Part shown: positions 51,137 to 63,160 of the stretch, piece by piece
How positions within the stretch are numbered: the first letter of the stretch is position 1
How the letters are laid out: every line of letters begins with the position of its first letter
DNA from: Thalia democratica
Taxonomy: Eukaryota
Assembly (NCBI GenBank): GCA_965202585.1
Contig: OZ241826.1
Span: forward strand, 94,054,001-94,118,000
Direction of reading: 5' to 3'
DNA: 64,000 bases
Program-made: the position numbers and the translations under genes
The notes under the pieces: generated by a model
Told to the model about the DNA's origin: nothing
The model's database searches: none
Seen by the model: only the letters and a program-made list of their open reading frames with translations

Positions 51137-51967
51137 ACTGAATGCTTCTTAAAATGCAACAAATGTTAAGTTATCGAATTTTTTAAACTTTTTTAATACA
51201 GTAAAATTATCGACCGTTTGTTTTTGATATTAACACTTTCCACTGTTTTTAAAATTTATTGAGACTACTGTTTCTGATTTGAAACATTCTTAACTTTTTT
51301 ACTAGTCTTGATATAGATTGAAGACACTAGAATCCGGATTCTTCGATTAAACAGGGTGTCTAGTATTTTATTAGGTTACGTTTAAATTAAGTTATTTAGA
51401 TAGAGATGTTTTTTTTAAATTGTTATAAAATTATTGGGACAGTAATCACTCCAAAATCTTGTACAAACTTTTTGTTTTAATGTTTTTTTCCTAGGACAAA
51501 AGACAAAGGATTTCAAATACTACCGAATTTAGTTGATTACTAATTGTTAAATTTTTATTCAGTAAAATTAGATAAATATAACAAATTTATTATGTTGTTC
51601 AAGCAAGTAAGCTTCTGAAATCGATAAATTTTTATGACGAATTTTAAAATAAAGCTTAAAAACAATAAAAAGAAATTGATCTGAAAACAATTGTTTTAGT
51701 TTTTAGGAACTTTTAATTACCTAAACAATTTTATTAGTTTTCCTGTAATTTGTTGGTAATCATTTCGTTATGTTATCAAATTCGTTATAGTTTTTTAGAA
51801 CTTTTTTTTACCAAAAAAAAAATATTAGTTTTCATTTAATTTTTTGGTAATCATTTTATTTCTGACAAACAGTAAAAGTTTTATTTATTATGTTGTTAAT
51901 TAAATTTTTTTTAATCAAAAATATTTTTAAAATAAGTTAGTGTTTTGTTTGTTAAGTACCTTTTTGA
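51137..51967 (+). repeat. Segmental duplication block A, second copy
   Basis: Direct copy of 1-818. It abuts block B directly, without the ~7.1 kb that separates A and B in copy 1. Confidence 0.95.
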
Positions 51968-53063
51968 AATAATGCAAATAATTTTTGAATAATACTGTTA
52001 CAACTACTTAGAAAATTATCAGTTAATTATTAATGTCTTGTTTGTACTTTTGTAAATTACCTCAAGTTTTGTCATCTTGCAAGTAACAATCAATAAAGTT
52101 TGTTGTATAAATGAAAATTAGTTATTCATAAAAATTTTGTGTTCTTGTTATTAGATAGGAAGTAATTTGTTTATTCAATTGCACATACTTTTGGCAAGCG
52201 TATTAGCTTCATTATAAAAATAATTGTTTTAACTCTACTATATAAAACTTAAAATTGTATTTCAGTATTAGATGTATGTGTTTTTCACAACACCATCCAT
52301 CTAGAAGTTAATTACAATTAGTAGGTTTTGTACTAAAAACTCATCAAAATTTTGAATTTTTACACTTGTTCTAAAATAGTTAAAGTATTATATGTTAAGT
52401 AACTTTTTAAAGACAAAGTTTAGATCTATCATTTTATAATTGACGAGTTAATATGTGCTTTCTTATTTCCTTACGATAAATTTCTGAATTTTAGGTAGTT
52501 TGTTAGATTATAAACTAGAAATATTATAATTAAAATTTACTATTCAGTAATGATGAATTGATATTTTAAATAGTTTTAGTACTAATATCAAAGTAAATTT
52601 CAATTAAAAATAAATAATAATAAAAAGTACATAGCATACTAGATGACTTGAATGAGTATCATAATACTTGAAATATATAAATACTGTTTTTTTATATATT
52701 TATACTTTTATAATTGTTGAGGAAGTTTTTGTTCTATCTAAAATAAATAAAATTAAAATATTTGCTCTATTTAATACTGTTTTTAACAACGAAACTAAGT
52801 ATGAACAAACTTAAAATTTAAACTTATTGATGATTAATATAATTCAAAACGTTTGTAAAGCAACTAATATTTTTAAGTTTTACTTTTAATTGAATGTTTC
52901 GTAGTTTAACTCTAATTTCGGTCTCAATTAAATAGAATTATATATTTAAATTTTTTTACTTCAGTAAATGTAACCTGATTTCTGATTAAAATTTTTAAAT
53001 CAGCTTAGTTACTTAAATAAACAATTTAATTCAATTTTAACTGCTCTTTCACATAATTTTGAC

Positions 53064-53426
53064 ATGGATTACCAATTTAGAGGTTTGCACGACATTCAAC
53101 CGATGGAAGGTAGAAATGGCTGTACGATAACCAGGTTAGTTAACCGTAAAAAATTCAACTGGGGTGTAATTGATTCAACAGTGTATGGATTTTGTTTGTC
53201 AAGTTTTATAAAAAAGTTTGTTACCTCTAGTTGTCAGTCCTCATATAATTATATGAAGCGTTACATTGAAAATGGAAGAATCAGTTGTTTTTATACGTTA
53301 TTAGGTGAAAATCATTTGGTTCCTAATGCATTAATGAATGGATCTGTTGCTGCTTTCAGACAGTTTATCAAGAATGCTGATCCATGTTCAAGTATAGTTC
53401 GAATTTTCGTAAGGATTGATTACTAA
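53064..53426 (+). CDS. Orphan 120-aa protein, copy 3 (intact)
   Basis: Complete ORF of the same length as copy 2. The upstream acceptor-like AG is changed to TG (ttttaactg at ~53035-53043). Confidence 0.8.
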   Translation: MDYQFRGLHDIQPMEGRNGCTITRLVNRKKFNWGVIDSTVYGFCLSSFIKKFVTSSCQSSYNYMKRYIENGRISCFYTLLGENHLVPNALMNGSVAAFRQFIKNADPCSSIVRIFVRIDY

Positions 53427-56051
53427 ACGTTAGCTGGTGTTTTATATAACGTTATTATTTACTACTATTTTTTATCGTTACGTTTTATAATAAAATGTTT
53501 GAGTTTACAACTAATAAATAAGTTATCTATATATCAAAAGTGTTTTGTTGTCGTTGGTATTACCTTTTTTAAAAACTATCTTTAGACTAGATATTAAACA
53601 AAATGTATACATATTCATAGTTATACAATTAAATGCGTTTTTGTACTTATAAATATTTTAGACCCACAATTTGCAGTAACGAATTCATTTACCTAAATAA
53701 TAATTTTCAAATGGCTTCTATCTTTAGAAAAAGCATTTCCTGGATAGCAGTAAACAGCAATTTTCAAAACAACAACAAAAATAAATGGTTACATCAGTCA
53801 ATTTCTATATTTTAGTTTAATTTAGCCACAACAACTTTTTTGGTAATAGTTTTAAAACAAATAAGTGGTTCCATGCTGGCCACATTTAATTTTTTCTCAC
53901 CGCTTTTCCTGTTGGCAGTAGTTTAGCCACGACAGTATTTTAGGAGTTTTAACGAAAACGTAGAGTAGAGAAAGGCATTTTTATTCTTGTATCAAAATTT
54001 TAAACATTTGGTGGGTAAATAATTAAGCACCAATTTATACAATCTTATTATGACTTAAATTTAATTTAGCTATGGAATATTTTACGCAAGTAATTATTGT
54101 TATGATGTTGCTTTGCTTTTATTTTGTTTGTTGTTTTAAATAAGTTTTTAGTTGCTCCACAAACTTTCGTAATTAACTTGTTGTGAACTGTTTTGTACAG
54201 AAAGTTATCATATTTTAATGCTATTACTTACTCTTTTATTTATTAATTTATGGCTGTAGAACCGCTTTGGTCATAGTGCACAACAGGAAAAATTTTATAG
54301 CTAACGTATTTTTTATCAATAGCTCGATAGTATAGAAATATTGTTATAAAGTTTAATTTTGTGAAAAACTTTCAAGTTTAGAAGTTTAATAACCTTATGA
54401 AAAACAGTTAACTGGCTTTTTTATTTATTTCAGTTTGAAACAGTCTACAGCCTGCAATACATTAGTTAATTATTTTATAGATAAAAGATTAATTAGTAAG
54501 TTAAACTAATTAATCAAACAGTACGTACAAACCATAAATATAACTTCAGTTTAATACTATCTTTTAGAGTAGTTATAAGCTGTTTTGTATCATAAATACA
54601 TTGAAATTTCTTTTGTTTACGAGGTCGTAAGATATCTTCGATATAATTAAACCTATAATACACAAATGAGGATAAACAACTATCTAATTTTCTGCCTAAC
54701 CTTACTTAAACGAACTGTGTAATACAACAACAAGCCTACAACAATCTTGTCTTGACTGAATATAAATTATTTTAAACTTAAACTTTATTAAGCAGATTTT
54801 TTAAGCTGTCATAGTTTCAGTTTTGTTTATGACTTGTTCTAATAAGTGACTAAAATTAGTTTTTGAGGTAATTAAGACTAAATAAAAAATAAAATCAGTT
54901 AAAACCAGTGTTTTATATTTTGCTGTAACATAGATAATATTAGTGTAAAAAATATAAACAAAAATTATCGGAATAAATTTTATCAGGTGTTCAATTTTTG
55001 CAAATAGAATTTAAAATTTATTGTTAGAACTCTTTGAAAACTGTAAGTTGATAATAACTGTCTAGGCTACCTCATGCTTTTAATCTCGAAAATACTAACT
55101 AACTATTTTTTTTCTATTTAAAATGTAAATTAATTCTATTGACAGAATTATTGTTTTACTATTATTATTATTTGTACTTAAAAACTGATCAAAAAAATAG
55201 GACAAAATAATTCTTATAACGGAAAATTTTTTTTGTAAACTAGTAAAAAAACAACTTAAATAGTATATTTATTATTTCATTCATAAAAAACTACATTTAT
55301 TAATATAAGGTTACTTTAGTAAGAATAATTTAACAAATTAATATAAAACGACATAATGTTTAAATTTAAATGTTATTAATGTTTAGTTAAGGTTCAAAAC
55401 AATAATCTTTTTAACAAACTGAAAAATTTACAAAAAATCTCAGAGTAATTTTTTAGGCGATTAAAAATTTTAACAATTTACTTTACAAAGCTTTGTTTTG
55501 AAATTTTATAAAGTTAAAAATAAAAATACATATACATTTATAAAATATTTGATTAAAAAAAAACCTAAATTTAACATACAAAATATTTAAAGATACAGTA
55601 TTAAAAAGTTACATTAAAACTGAAAAAATATTTAAAAAAATTGATAAAGTTTTATAAAAAATAACCATCTTAAACATAATAATTCACTAACATAGTTACA
55701 AAAAAATTAAGTTTTTCAACTTGATAAAAAAAAATTTGTCTTATTTTACTATTGAAACTTAAAAAATATTTTAATTAAAACTTAGATTTTAAAATATAAG
55801 TTTATTGCTTGTAATAACATAAATTAAATAAAAAAAATTACACGAAGCGTTACAAAACATCATAACTAGTTATGCTACTATTGACATAAAGTTTAAACTT
55901 ATCTTTCTTTTTACTTTCAGTGGAAACTATATTGTTTATTAAAATGATAGTGACCTGTATAGTACAAGCACTAACTGTCGACATACTTAAATATTTTAGA
56001 AATCTGTTGTATTATTGTTTGTATAGTTTTTGAACTTATGCTTATCTAACA

Positions 56052-56411
56052 CAGAGGTCGGCAAGCTGCGGCCCAAAATGCAGCAAAAGGACCAAATGCA
56101 GCCCTCAACGTCAAAATCTGCGACCCGCGCGCTCCTTTTTAATCGAAAATATACAATTTAAAAATAATAAAAACTAAAGATTTTGTAATAAAAACTTACA
56201 GCTAGGCTCTAAATTCAAAAAATACTCTTTATTAGTGCTCTAATATTGCTTAATTTATCACATTTTTAATCTTAAATAATATTCTTCTTCTAGTTACTAG
56301 AACTTTTTAAAAGTAAATGTGGCCTTCAGTGGTTTTTTCTAAATAGTGCGACCCGCGAGCAATTTTTTTAGAAAAATTGGTCCGCGAGTTACATTAGGCT
56401 ACAGACCCCTG
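56052..56411. mobile_element. hAT (Buster-type) MITE, 360 bp
   Basis: Ends CAGAGGTCGGCAA and ..AGACCCCTG, with GC-rich (g)cccgcg subterminal motifs. 8-bp TSD ATCTAACA / ATCTAGCA with central TA. The paralogous empty site has one ATCTAACA (32485-32492, minus). Confidence 0.92.
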
Positions 56412-56490
56412 ATCTAGCATATGCAAGATTAAAACAATATTACAAAGTACATTACTGTACCTTTAAAATGTTTAAAGAAAATTCTACTTT

Positions 56491-56548
56491 AACGTTTGAC
56501 TAACGTTTGATTAACGTTTGATTAAAGTTTGATTAACATTTGATTAAC
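56491..56548. repeat. 11-bp tandem repeat x5 (AACGTTTGATT)
   Basis: Read directly. It is not expanded in the inverted paralogue near 32390. Confidence 0.9.
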
Positions 56549-58050
56549 AACAAAACAAACCTTTACATATTCTAATACTTAAAGTTTATTTTGTGCGTAA
56601 AAATCTTATGACGTCACTAAGCGTGGCAGAGTGCAGTTATTATTTTAAATCTTTATACGATAAATTTTGATTCTTCTTTTTTGTTTTCAAGTAAAATAAT
56701 AATTCATAATAGATAAAAGTTTAACTAAACAAAATAATTTTTTATTGCTTAATATTGAAAAATACTTACAAAGTGTAGATTTTGATTTGAAAAAGTTCTT
56801 ATTTCTTCATATGTTCCTTAAACTACATTCTACTTAATTACTGACAAAAATTTTAAAGTACTTTAAGCAATTATAACTAGTGTGAAATAAAAGTTGTGCT
56901 AATTTAATTTTTAAATTGTAATATCTTTTTTTTATAATGTTAAACATATTTTTCCCTCAAGACAAAGTTTTAAACCTTTATTCAAAACAAGGCTCAAGTG
57001 TGCTAAAAAAATAATTCGTCTAATTGTTCATAATGTGAGTTTTTTAATGCTTAAATAATTTCGGCTTTTCTTTACATATTTATATAGTTGTTTTTACTCA
57101 AAAAAAAAAACAAACTTCATGTTGTTTAAATTAAATCTGTTTACTTTGCAAATGTTGTTTTGATTACTATCGAGTTGACGAAAAATAATAACAATGATAA
57201 TAATAAAGTTTTCCATGTCCATTTTAACTTGTATCGTTAAGCTTTTCCTTGTCTTTTAAAATAAATATTCAACAGTATTTACAACTTAAGTACAACAGTG
57301 TAAAGATATAACAGGCTTACTACTATTTATTTAAAAATTATAAGAGCATAGACTTACTACTATTTAGCTTACTTTATTATCTAGTTTTTAAAAAATACTT
57401 TTTAATGTTTTATGAAAACAAAGCCAAGTTTGAATTTGGGAAATGCTTGTGAAATTATGAAAAGTTCTATCTGATCTACAAAAAAATGCTCATTTTTACA
57501 GGTATAATTTTTTATCAAAAGCATTATTTTTAAATTTAAGTATTAATATAAATCAAATAAGCATTAGAACACTTTTTGTGAACAAAGAGAAGATGTCATA
57601 AAGGTCCACGTCAGTTTTCTAATAGTTTTGTAGGGTTTTACAACTGAATTTCAATTAAAAATATTTTTTAGAAACAGTTTTTTATGATTACATAAAAATT
57701 ATAAACTGTGTATTTTTTAAACACAAACTTCATACAGGTAGCAATGGTTATCATTTAGGTGATTTAAAACTTACTTATGCTTGTTTTTGTATTAGTTGAT
57801 ATTTTTAACATACTTTTAACAATCATTTCTACAAAAAGAAAAAAAATTATTTATTTTTAAAGTGATTTGTTCAATGAACAAACCAACACTTTCAAATTTT
57901 TATACTGCTCAAAACCAATTTGTCTTCTGTGTTTACATCATTTTCGAATTCATAAAAAAATAAGTATGTTTGTTAGCAGAAGAACTAAACAAACTGTTTA
58001 GAGCCCTACTTCGTATTACTTGTTGCTTTCGGTCTAAAGTCTTCAAAAGT

Positions 58051-58224
58051 TTGCAACAATACAACTATCACATCACCGTAGATCACAATGTTACAACTAG
58101 CACATCACAGTACATTGCAACACTAGAACTATTGCATCACATTAGACTGCAATGTTACAACTATCACATCACAGTAGATTGCAACACTACAACTATCACA
58201 TCAAAGTAGATAGCAACGATACAA
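58051..58224 (+). repeat. 32-bp minisatellite, about 5 units
   Basis: Same unit as 14407-14800. Confidence 0.9.
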
Positions 58225-58269
58225 ATAAGTAGATAAAAACTATCAAACAAACATTTTTTTACTTATTAC

Positions 58270-58514
58270 CAGGGACGTAGCTAGCTCAAAAAAGTTACGA
58301 ATCTACAAAAACTAAAACATCTGAAATGACGCGTGATAACATCCTAGCGGGAATAAAGCAACTTAAACTATCTCTAATGTTATTGAATTTAATCTGAAAC
58401 TCTGCAGTTATGTTAACACATTAAAAATTAAATGTTGAAGTACGAGTGATAAGTGTATACAAGGCAATTTATTTTTCTCCCTAACCCCTTTGACTCTTTA
58501 TGTGTTGCCACTTG
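58270..58514. mobile_element. Possible eroded MITE
   Basis: CAGGGACGTAGCTAG left end and a weak ..cccctt..tgccacttg right end. No TSD. Confidence 0.3.
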
Positions 58515-59884
58515 TGCAAACCTAGAAAACATTCATTAAAAATAAGTATAAAAAAATCACAATTTAAGTCAAAAAGAATTGTATCGTTTTGAAAATTAAA
58601 CATTTAACGAAGTCAATTGTAACAACAAGTTATGCAAATTTTTGTAACATAAAGTTGTATGATTATGATTTTTGAAGCTACAGCTTCAATTAGAATCAAT
58701 TTTGCAATGCGGTTTTTTGTCAAATTAAAGCAGGGGTCGGCAGGCAGTTGGTAGTCGAGAGGCAAATTTAAAGTTTCCAAAGTTTTCGCGGGCCGCAGTT
58801 TTAGTTTTAGTGACATTTGAATAATGTTTTGGTTTTAGTTTTAGTCAAACTAAAAAAAGGTTTTAGTTTTATTTACCCTATTATTTTAAATGACTTTTAG
58901 CTATACATATAATGCCTATTTAAGTTAATATTTATTAGAATATAATTTACATTGACTAATATACTTAAGTATTAATAAATTATGTACTTTCATAAGCACT
59001 TAATAACTTAAACTTAATACTTTTGTAATTTTACTTACCACCTAAATATCTATAAAAACCTAAGTTGAAAGACAATTTATGGGTTACTTTTATACATTTG
59101 TTATACTATCAACTCTTTTTTCATATTTCTGAGAATATTTACTTCAAAGATATTTTTTGCGTGTTAAACAATTTACGCTCATTCAAAAACTTATTAATTA
59201 GTTAACTTAATAAAATTAAAACCTGTTTGTATTCCAGAAAACTAAAATAGATTCTTTAACATAATTTATTCTCGAAAGTTTTTTTGAAATATCTTATTAG
59301 TAATTAGTATTTTACATGGTTGCCACTTAAAAAGCAAAAAATGTCTGAGTTGTATCAAACCAGCCTAAGTTTGTTAAAAGTTGAAAAAGCTAATAAATAG
59401 TTGTTAATCAAGCTTAAGTACCTAGTTAAAATATCATCATTATCAAAAAGTACACAAAATGTAAGAAAACAAGAAAGAGTTACAATTAGTAAACTACACT
59501 ACAGTCATAAAAACTATTCTGAGAACTAAAAGATTTCTCTAAGTGGTTGAAATTAAAGTTCCACACACAGCTGAGTTTTCAAGCTTTTAAAATAGCCTGT
59601 TTGTGTAGCAACCCAGTTAAAATAAAGTTCACAACATAAAGTATTGACGAAGGTTATTAACAGTAAATAAATAACATACCAAAAATATATAAGTCAGCTG
59701 GAATGGACAATTAAGATTCTTAAACAAATTTAACAAAAGTATAAAATTCTATTGAGTCATTACCGAAGTAGAAAAACTTTTTTTTATTAAGCATTTTAGC
59801 AATTCTTTATCTGAAATAAGAATATTGCATTTAAAAGTAGTAATTGTAAAATATAAAACGAGCTACAAGAATAAAAAAACGTTA

Positions 59885-60369
59885 CTTAGGCGTTATTGCG
59901 AGAAACGATAAGAAAACAAATCACCTAAGTTAATTCTCCAACAAAGCACATTGTTATCTTCAGTAACTACAGAATGATCAGAAAAAATTGTTAAGTCAAG
60001 TTATAAAGTAGCAAAATTTGTTACTTAAAATGAAATAACGTTTATAATTGAAAATTTTTCTAAATAATTTATGTTGGCAGTAATGAAAAGCTTTTGTTTA
60101 TTTTTTCACTGAAAACTAGAAGTCGTATTCAGGAAATGCATTAAGGTTATAGTCGCATAAATCAAACTAGGACTTTAATCAATCTTTTAACATGAGAGCA
60201 CTGATAAAAAAAAAATATTGCTCATCTGAGAATTTCTATTAGAGATGTTTTTAATAACTTTGGCATTTTAGTAGAGTTTATTGGTTTAGTTTTAAAGCGA
60301 AGCACAACAATCGGTGAAATTTTACAATTAATGGTGCAATGCACTAAAACAAAGTCTTTGGAAGTATAA
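59885..60369 (+). pseudogene. Decayed hAT transposase (GTF2IRD2/ZBED5/SPIN-like N-terminal half up to the first catalytic Asp)
   Basis: Fragments in order: LRRYCE; SEKIVKSSYKVAKFVT*NEITF..FSK*FMLAV; SLKTRSRIQEM; HESTD-KKNIAHLRISIRDVFNNFGILVEFIGLV..STTIGEILQLMVQC. These correspond to Buster motifs LKRHYE, ASYKVA..IAK..KPF..GE..KE.ML, SLSRRTV.RRI.EM and DESTD..AQL.IFIR. Confidence 0.8.
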
Positions 60370-60429
60370 TTCTTTTATTTCTAGAATAAAATTTAATTAA
60401 AGTTGAATAAAATGTCTTAACAAATATAT

Positions 60430-60657
60430 CAATATTAAAAAATACTATTAAGCTACTTTAACATATTTCCTAATAGAAAAATATTTATTTGGTAAGTTTT
60501 TTGTGTAAAATCGAAGTTTTATTACTTTTCATGTAAAAATTGTTTGAAATTCCAGGTTTTGTCAAAAATTCTCAAATTCTAGTTTTTTTCCAGAATTTTT
60601 AAGCATAAATTTTCAAATTCAAAGCTTTTCCTTGATTCAAGCTTTTTGGCAACACTG
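60430..60657. mobile_element. Nested CAG(T/G)GTTGCCA-type element inside the hAT
   Basis: Ends TGGCAACACTG at 60657. The interior matches 23370-23530. Left boundary uncertain. Confidence 0.55.
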
Positions 60658-60919
60658 GTTGTTCACACTTAACTGTACACAATAATATAAATAACATTTT
60701 GAATTATATTAGCTGCAAGACTTAAGATTTAACATATATTATAGCTTAAACCAACACTGTTGATTGAGCAAAACATACATCAGAAGTTTAAATTGCCACT
60801 CTTTTAAGCAAAAAAGCCAGCCTGAGTCAACAAAAATATTTCTGATATTTTTGTGTACAAAAAGCAATTCTAGACAAAAGCTTAAAAAATGACTTAGTTG
60901 ACCTTGAGATTTGAAGTCT

Positions 60920-61195
60920 AGTTTATATTAAATAGGTAGATCCAAAAAACAGCAAATGTGTGTATTGATATGCAAAGCATAAAAGTTAACTTAGTTTGAC
61001 AAAATCAAGTCTTCAAATAGTGATAGTCTGAGTTTGTGGCAATGTTTAAATGTTTATTTGCTTGAATTTGAATCAAACAATGTACAATTTTAACAAACTT
61101 ATTATCCCTAAATCTATTTTATATTAAATAGGTAGCTTAAAAAAAAAAATAATTGTGTGTATTGATATTCCTGGCATAAAAATTAACTAAGTTAA
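60920..61195. repeat. ~90-bp imperfect direct repeat pair
   Basis: tttatattaaataggtag...tgtgtgtattgatat...gcataaaa.ttaact.agtt at ~60920-61010 and ~61110-61195. Confidence 0.75.
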
Positions 61196-62977
61196 AAAAA
61201 AAATGTTTGCAAATTGAAAATGTATACCTAACAAAAACTATATTAGTTTATGTAATATATATTGTTTTAAATATGTGTGTAAAATTTAGATATTACTTGT
61301 AGAAACAACAATGTTAAAAAATTACGTATAAACTAAACTTTAACAAACTAAAGTGTTAAATAAAAAGTTGTTTAAAATATGAGTATGTTTTAAGTTGGTG
61401 TGCATAGAAATTAATTTAAAGTGCAAATAAAACTTTTAAAAAATTAAAATGTGTTAAAACAAAAATTAAATAAGCCTTATGTTTTATTACTGTGTTATGT
61501 AAAATTTTTTTACACTAAAATGTAACATATACAAATAAAAAATCTATTAAGGAAGCTTAGGTATAAAAAATATTGAAAAAGAATATCTAAGCTATAAAGA
61601 TATGACACTTAAGTTATTTACTATGCATCACTTTTGTACAAAATGGAAAACATTTGCATTTAGTTTATTTAATAAATAAGTATTATATATCTAACTTATT
61701 AAATCTAAGCACTGCACTCTTTACACTCTTTTTTCAGATAATTACTTGCTGTTGTTAAACAGATATATTATGAAACTGAAAAAATATCCTGTTAGAATAC
61801 TAATCTGTCTTTTTCTCATTTTTAAACTAAAGCGGTAATTTTTTCTAATTGTATTTAAATATTATACAGAGATTTAAAACCGAACTAATTAAATTAAATC
61901 AAATTACCAAAAAAGTTAACTTGAAATATATTTTGCTCAGCGGGCCACATTTACATACTCGCGGGCCACAATTTTTATTTTGCGGGCCGCATTTCATTAA
62001 AAAAATTAACGTGTTCGCGGGCCGCAATTGGCCCGCGGGCCGCAGTTTTCCGACCCCTGAATTAAAGCTTTAACGCGCTAAATGTTACAATTTAGATGTA
62101 TGTAATTCGTTTAATTTTTACGACACTAAAAAGAAAGAGTGCATATATGTCAAAATTATCTCTCAGGAGTGCATAACTAAGTTAAAATGAATACTTATAA
62201 CTAAGAAAGCAAAGTCCTTTTAAGCAGAAATAAAAGCAAGTTTTTTTGCACAATAAGCAAGCCACGTGCCTGGTTATTACCATTATAAATTCTAGACAAG
62301 AGTATAGTTTATTTTAAACCTACTCTATAACTCATAATAAATAAATAATAAATAATAACCTAACTATTACTGATAATAAATGATACTTAGAGCTACTAAT
62401 AAGAATCTAAGCATGACTTAAAAGAACATCTTGTATTAAAGAACATTTGCAAAAACTTATAAATATATAAGAACATCAAACTTTAGAAAGTATCTTAAAT
62501 GTGGTCAAAACTTTACAAAGGAATTATATCTAAAAGGAGTTTACTTTACTTGTGTATAAAATCATAGTACATTTAAGTAAAATGTGATTTTAAAAAGATA
62601 CACTGTTTTACAACGAGATTTACATTAAACAAGAAAGAATACTAATGTCTACTTGAACAACATGTTAACAACAGCAAGATAGTTTAGAATGAATGTCGAT
62701 TTCTAAACTCAGTAAACAAATAGATGAACATAGTCTGAAAGGTATTTCATAAGACTTATATTCTCCTAACTTAAACTTTCTTCTAACTATTTCAGTATTC
62801 AACTAAACGTAAACACAGTGTAACTGGTATGTATTTCATTACAGAATAATGGCTTTCCGAAAGTTATTTTAAACTTGCCAAGACCTTTATGTAAACTTAA
62901 GACAATTCTAAAAAGCACTAAGACTTTTAGCCAGTTTTCTCAAAGGTTGGTTTTATAAATAATTAAACAACGAAAAT

Positions 62978-63160
62978 ATGATAATTGTAGATACATAGTG
63001 TTGCGATCTAGTTTAATGTGATAATTTAACGCTTTATTCTACGATGATGTAGTAGTTGTATTTTAGCAATCTACTGTGATGTGATAGTTGTATTGTTGCA
63101 TCTAGTGTGATGTAATAGTTGAATTGTTGCGAACCACTGTGATGTGATAGTTGTATTGTA
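62978..63160 (-). repeat. 32-bp minisatellite, about 5 units, inverted
   Basis: ctactgtgatgtgatagttgtattgttgca is the reverse complement of the 14407 unit. Confidence 0.9.

Larger units (their letters stand above)
51970..57050 (+). repeat. Segmental duplication block B, copy 3
   Basis: Direct paralogue of ~7930-12810 (lacking the foldback insertion) and inverted paralogue of ~31950-36250. Confidence 0.9.
58731..62059 (+). mobile_element. Internally deleted hAT (Buster/Charlie-type) DNA transposon, 3329 bp
   Basis: TIR CAGGGGTCGG at 58731 and CCGACCCCTG ending at 62059. Perfect 8-bp TSD AATTAAAG (58723-58730 and 62060-62067). Multiple GCGGGCC subterminal motifs and an internal transposase remnant. 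Confidence 0.95.

Noticed and set aside
2365-53815. Other short AT-rich ORFs (2365, 4063, 4987, 11147, 21101, 22324, 28182, 28951, 30971, 44124, 50696, 53633)
   Set aside because: They are 60-75 aa with F/L/I/K/N-biased background composition, often non-ATG starts and no motif; this is expected by chance.
57970-62073. ORFs 57970-58209, 58613-58816 and 61849-62073
   Set aside because: They overlap the 32-bp minisatellite or the GC-rich hAT termini and show no protein features.
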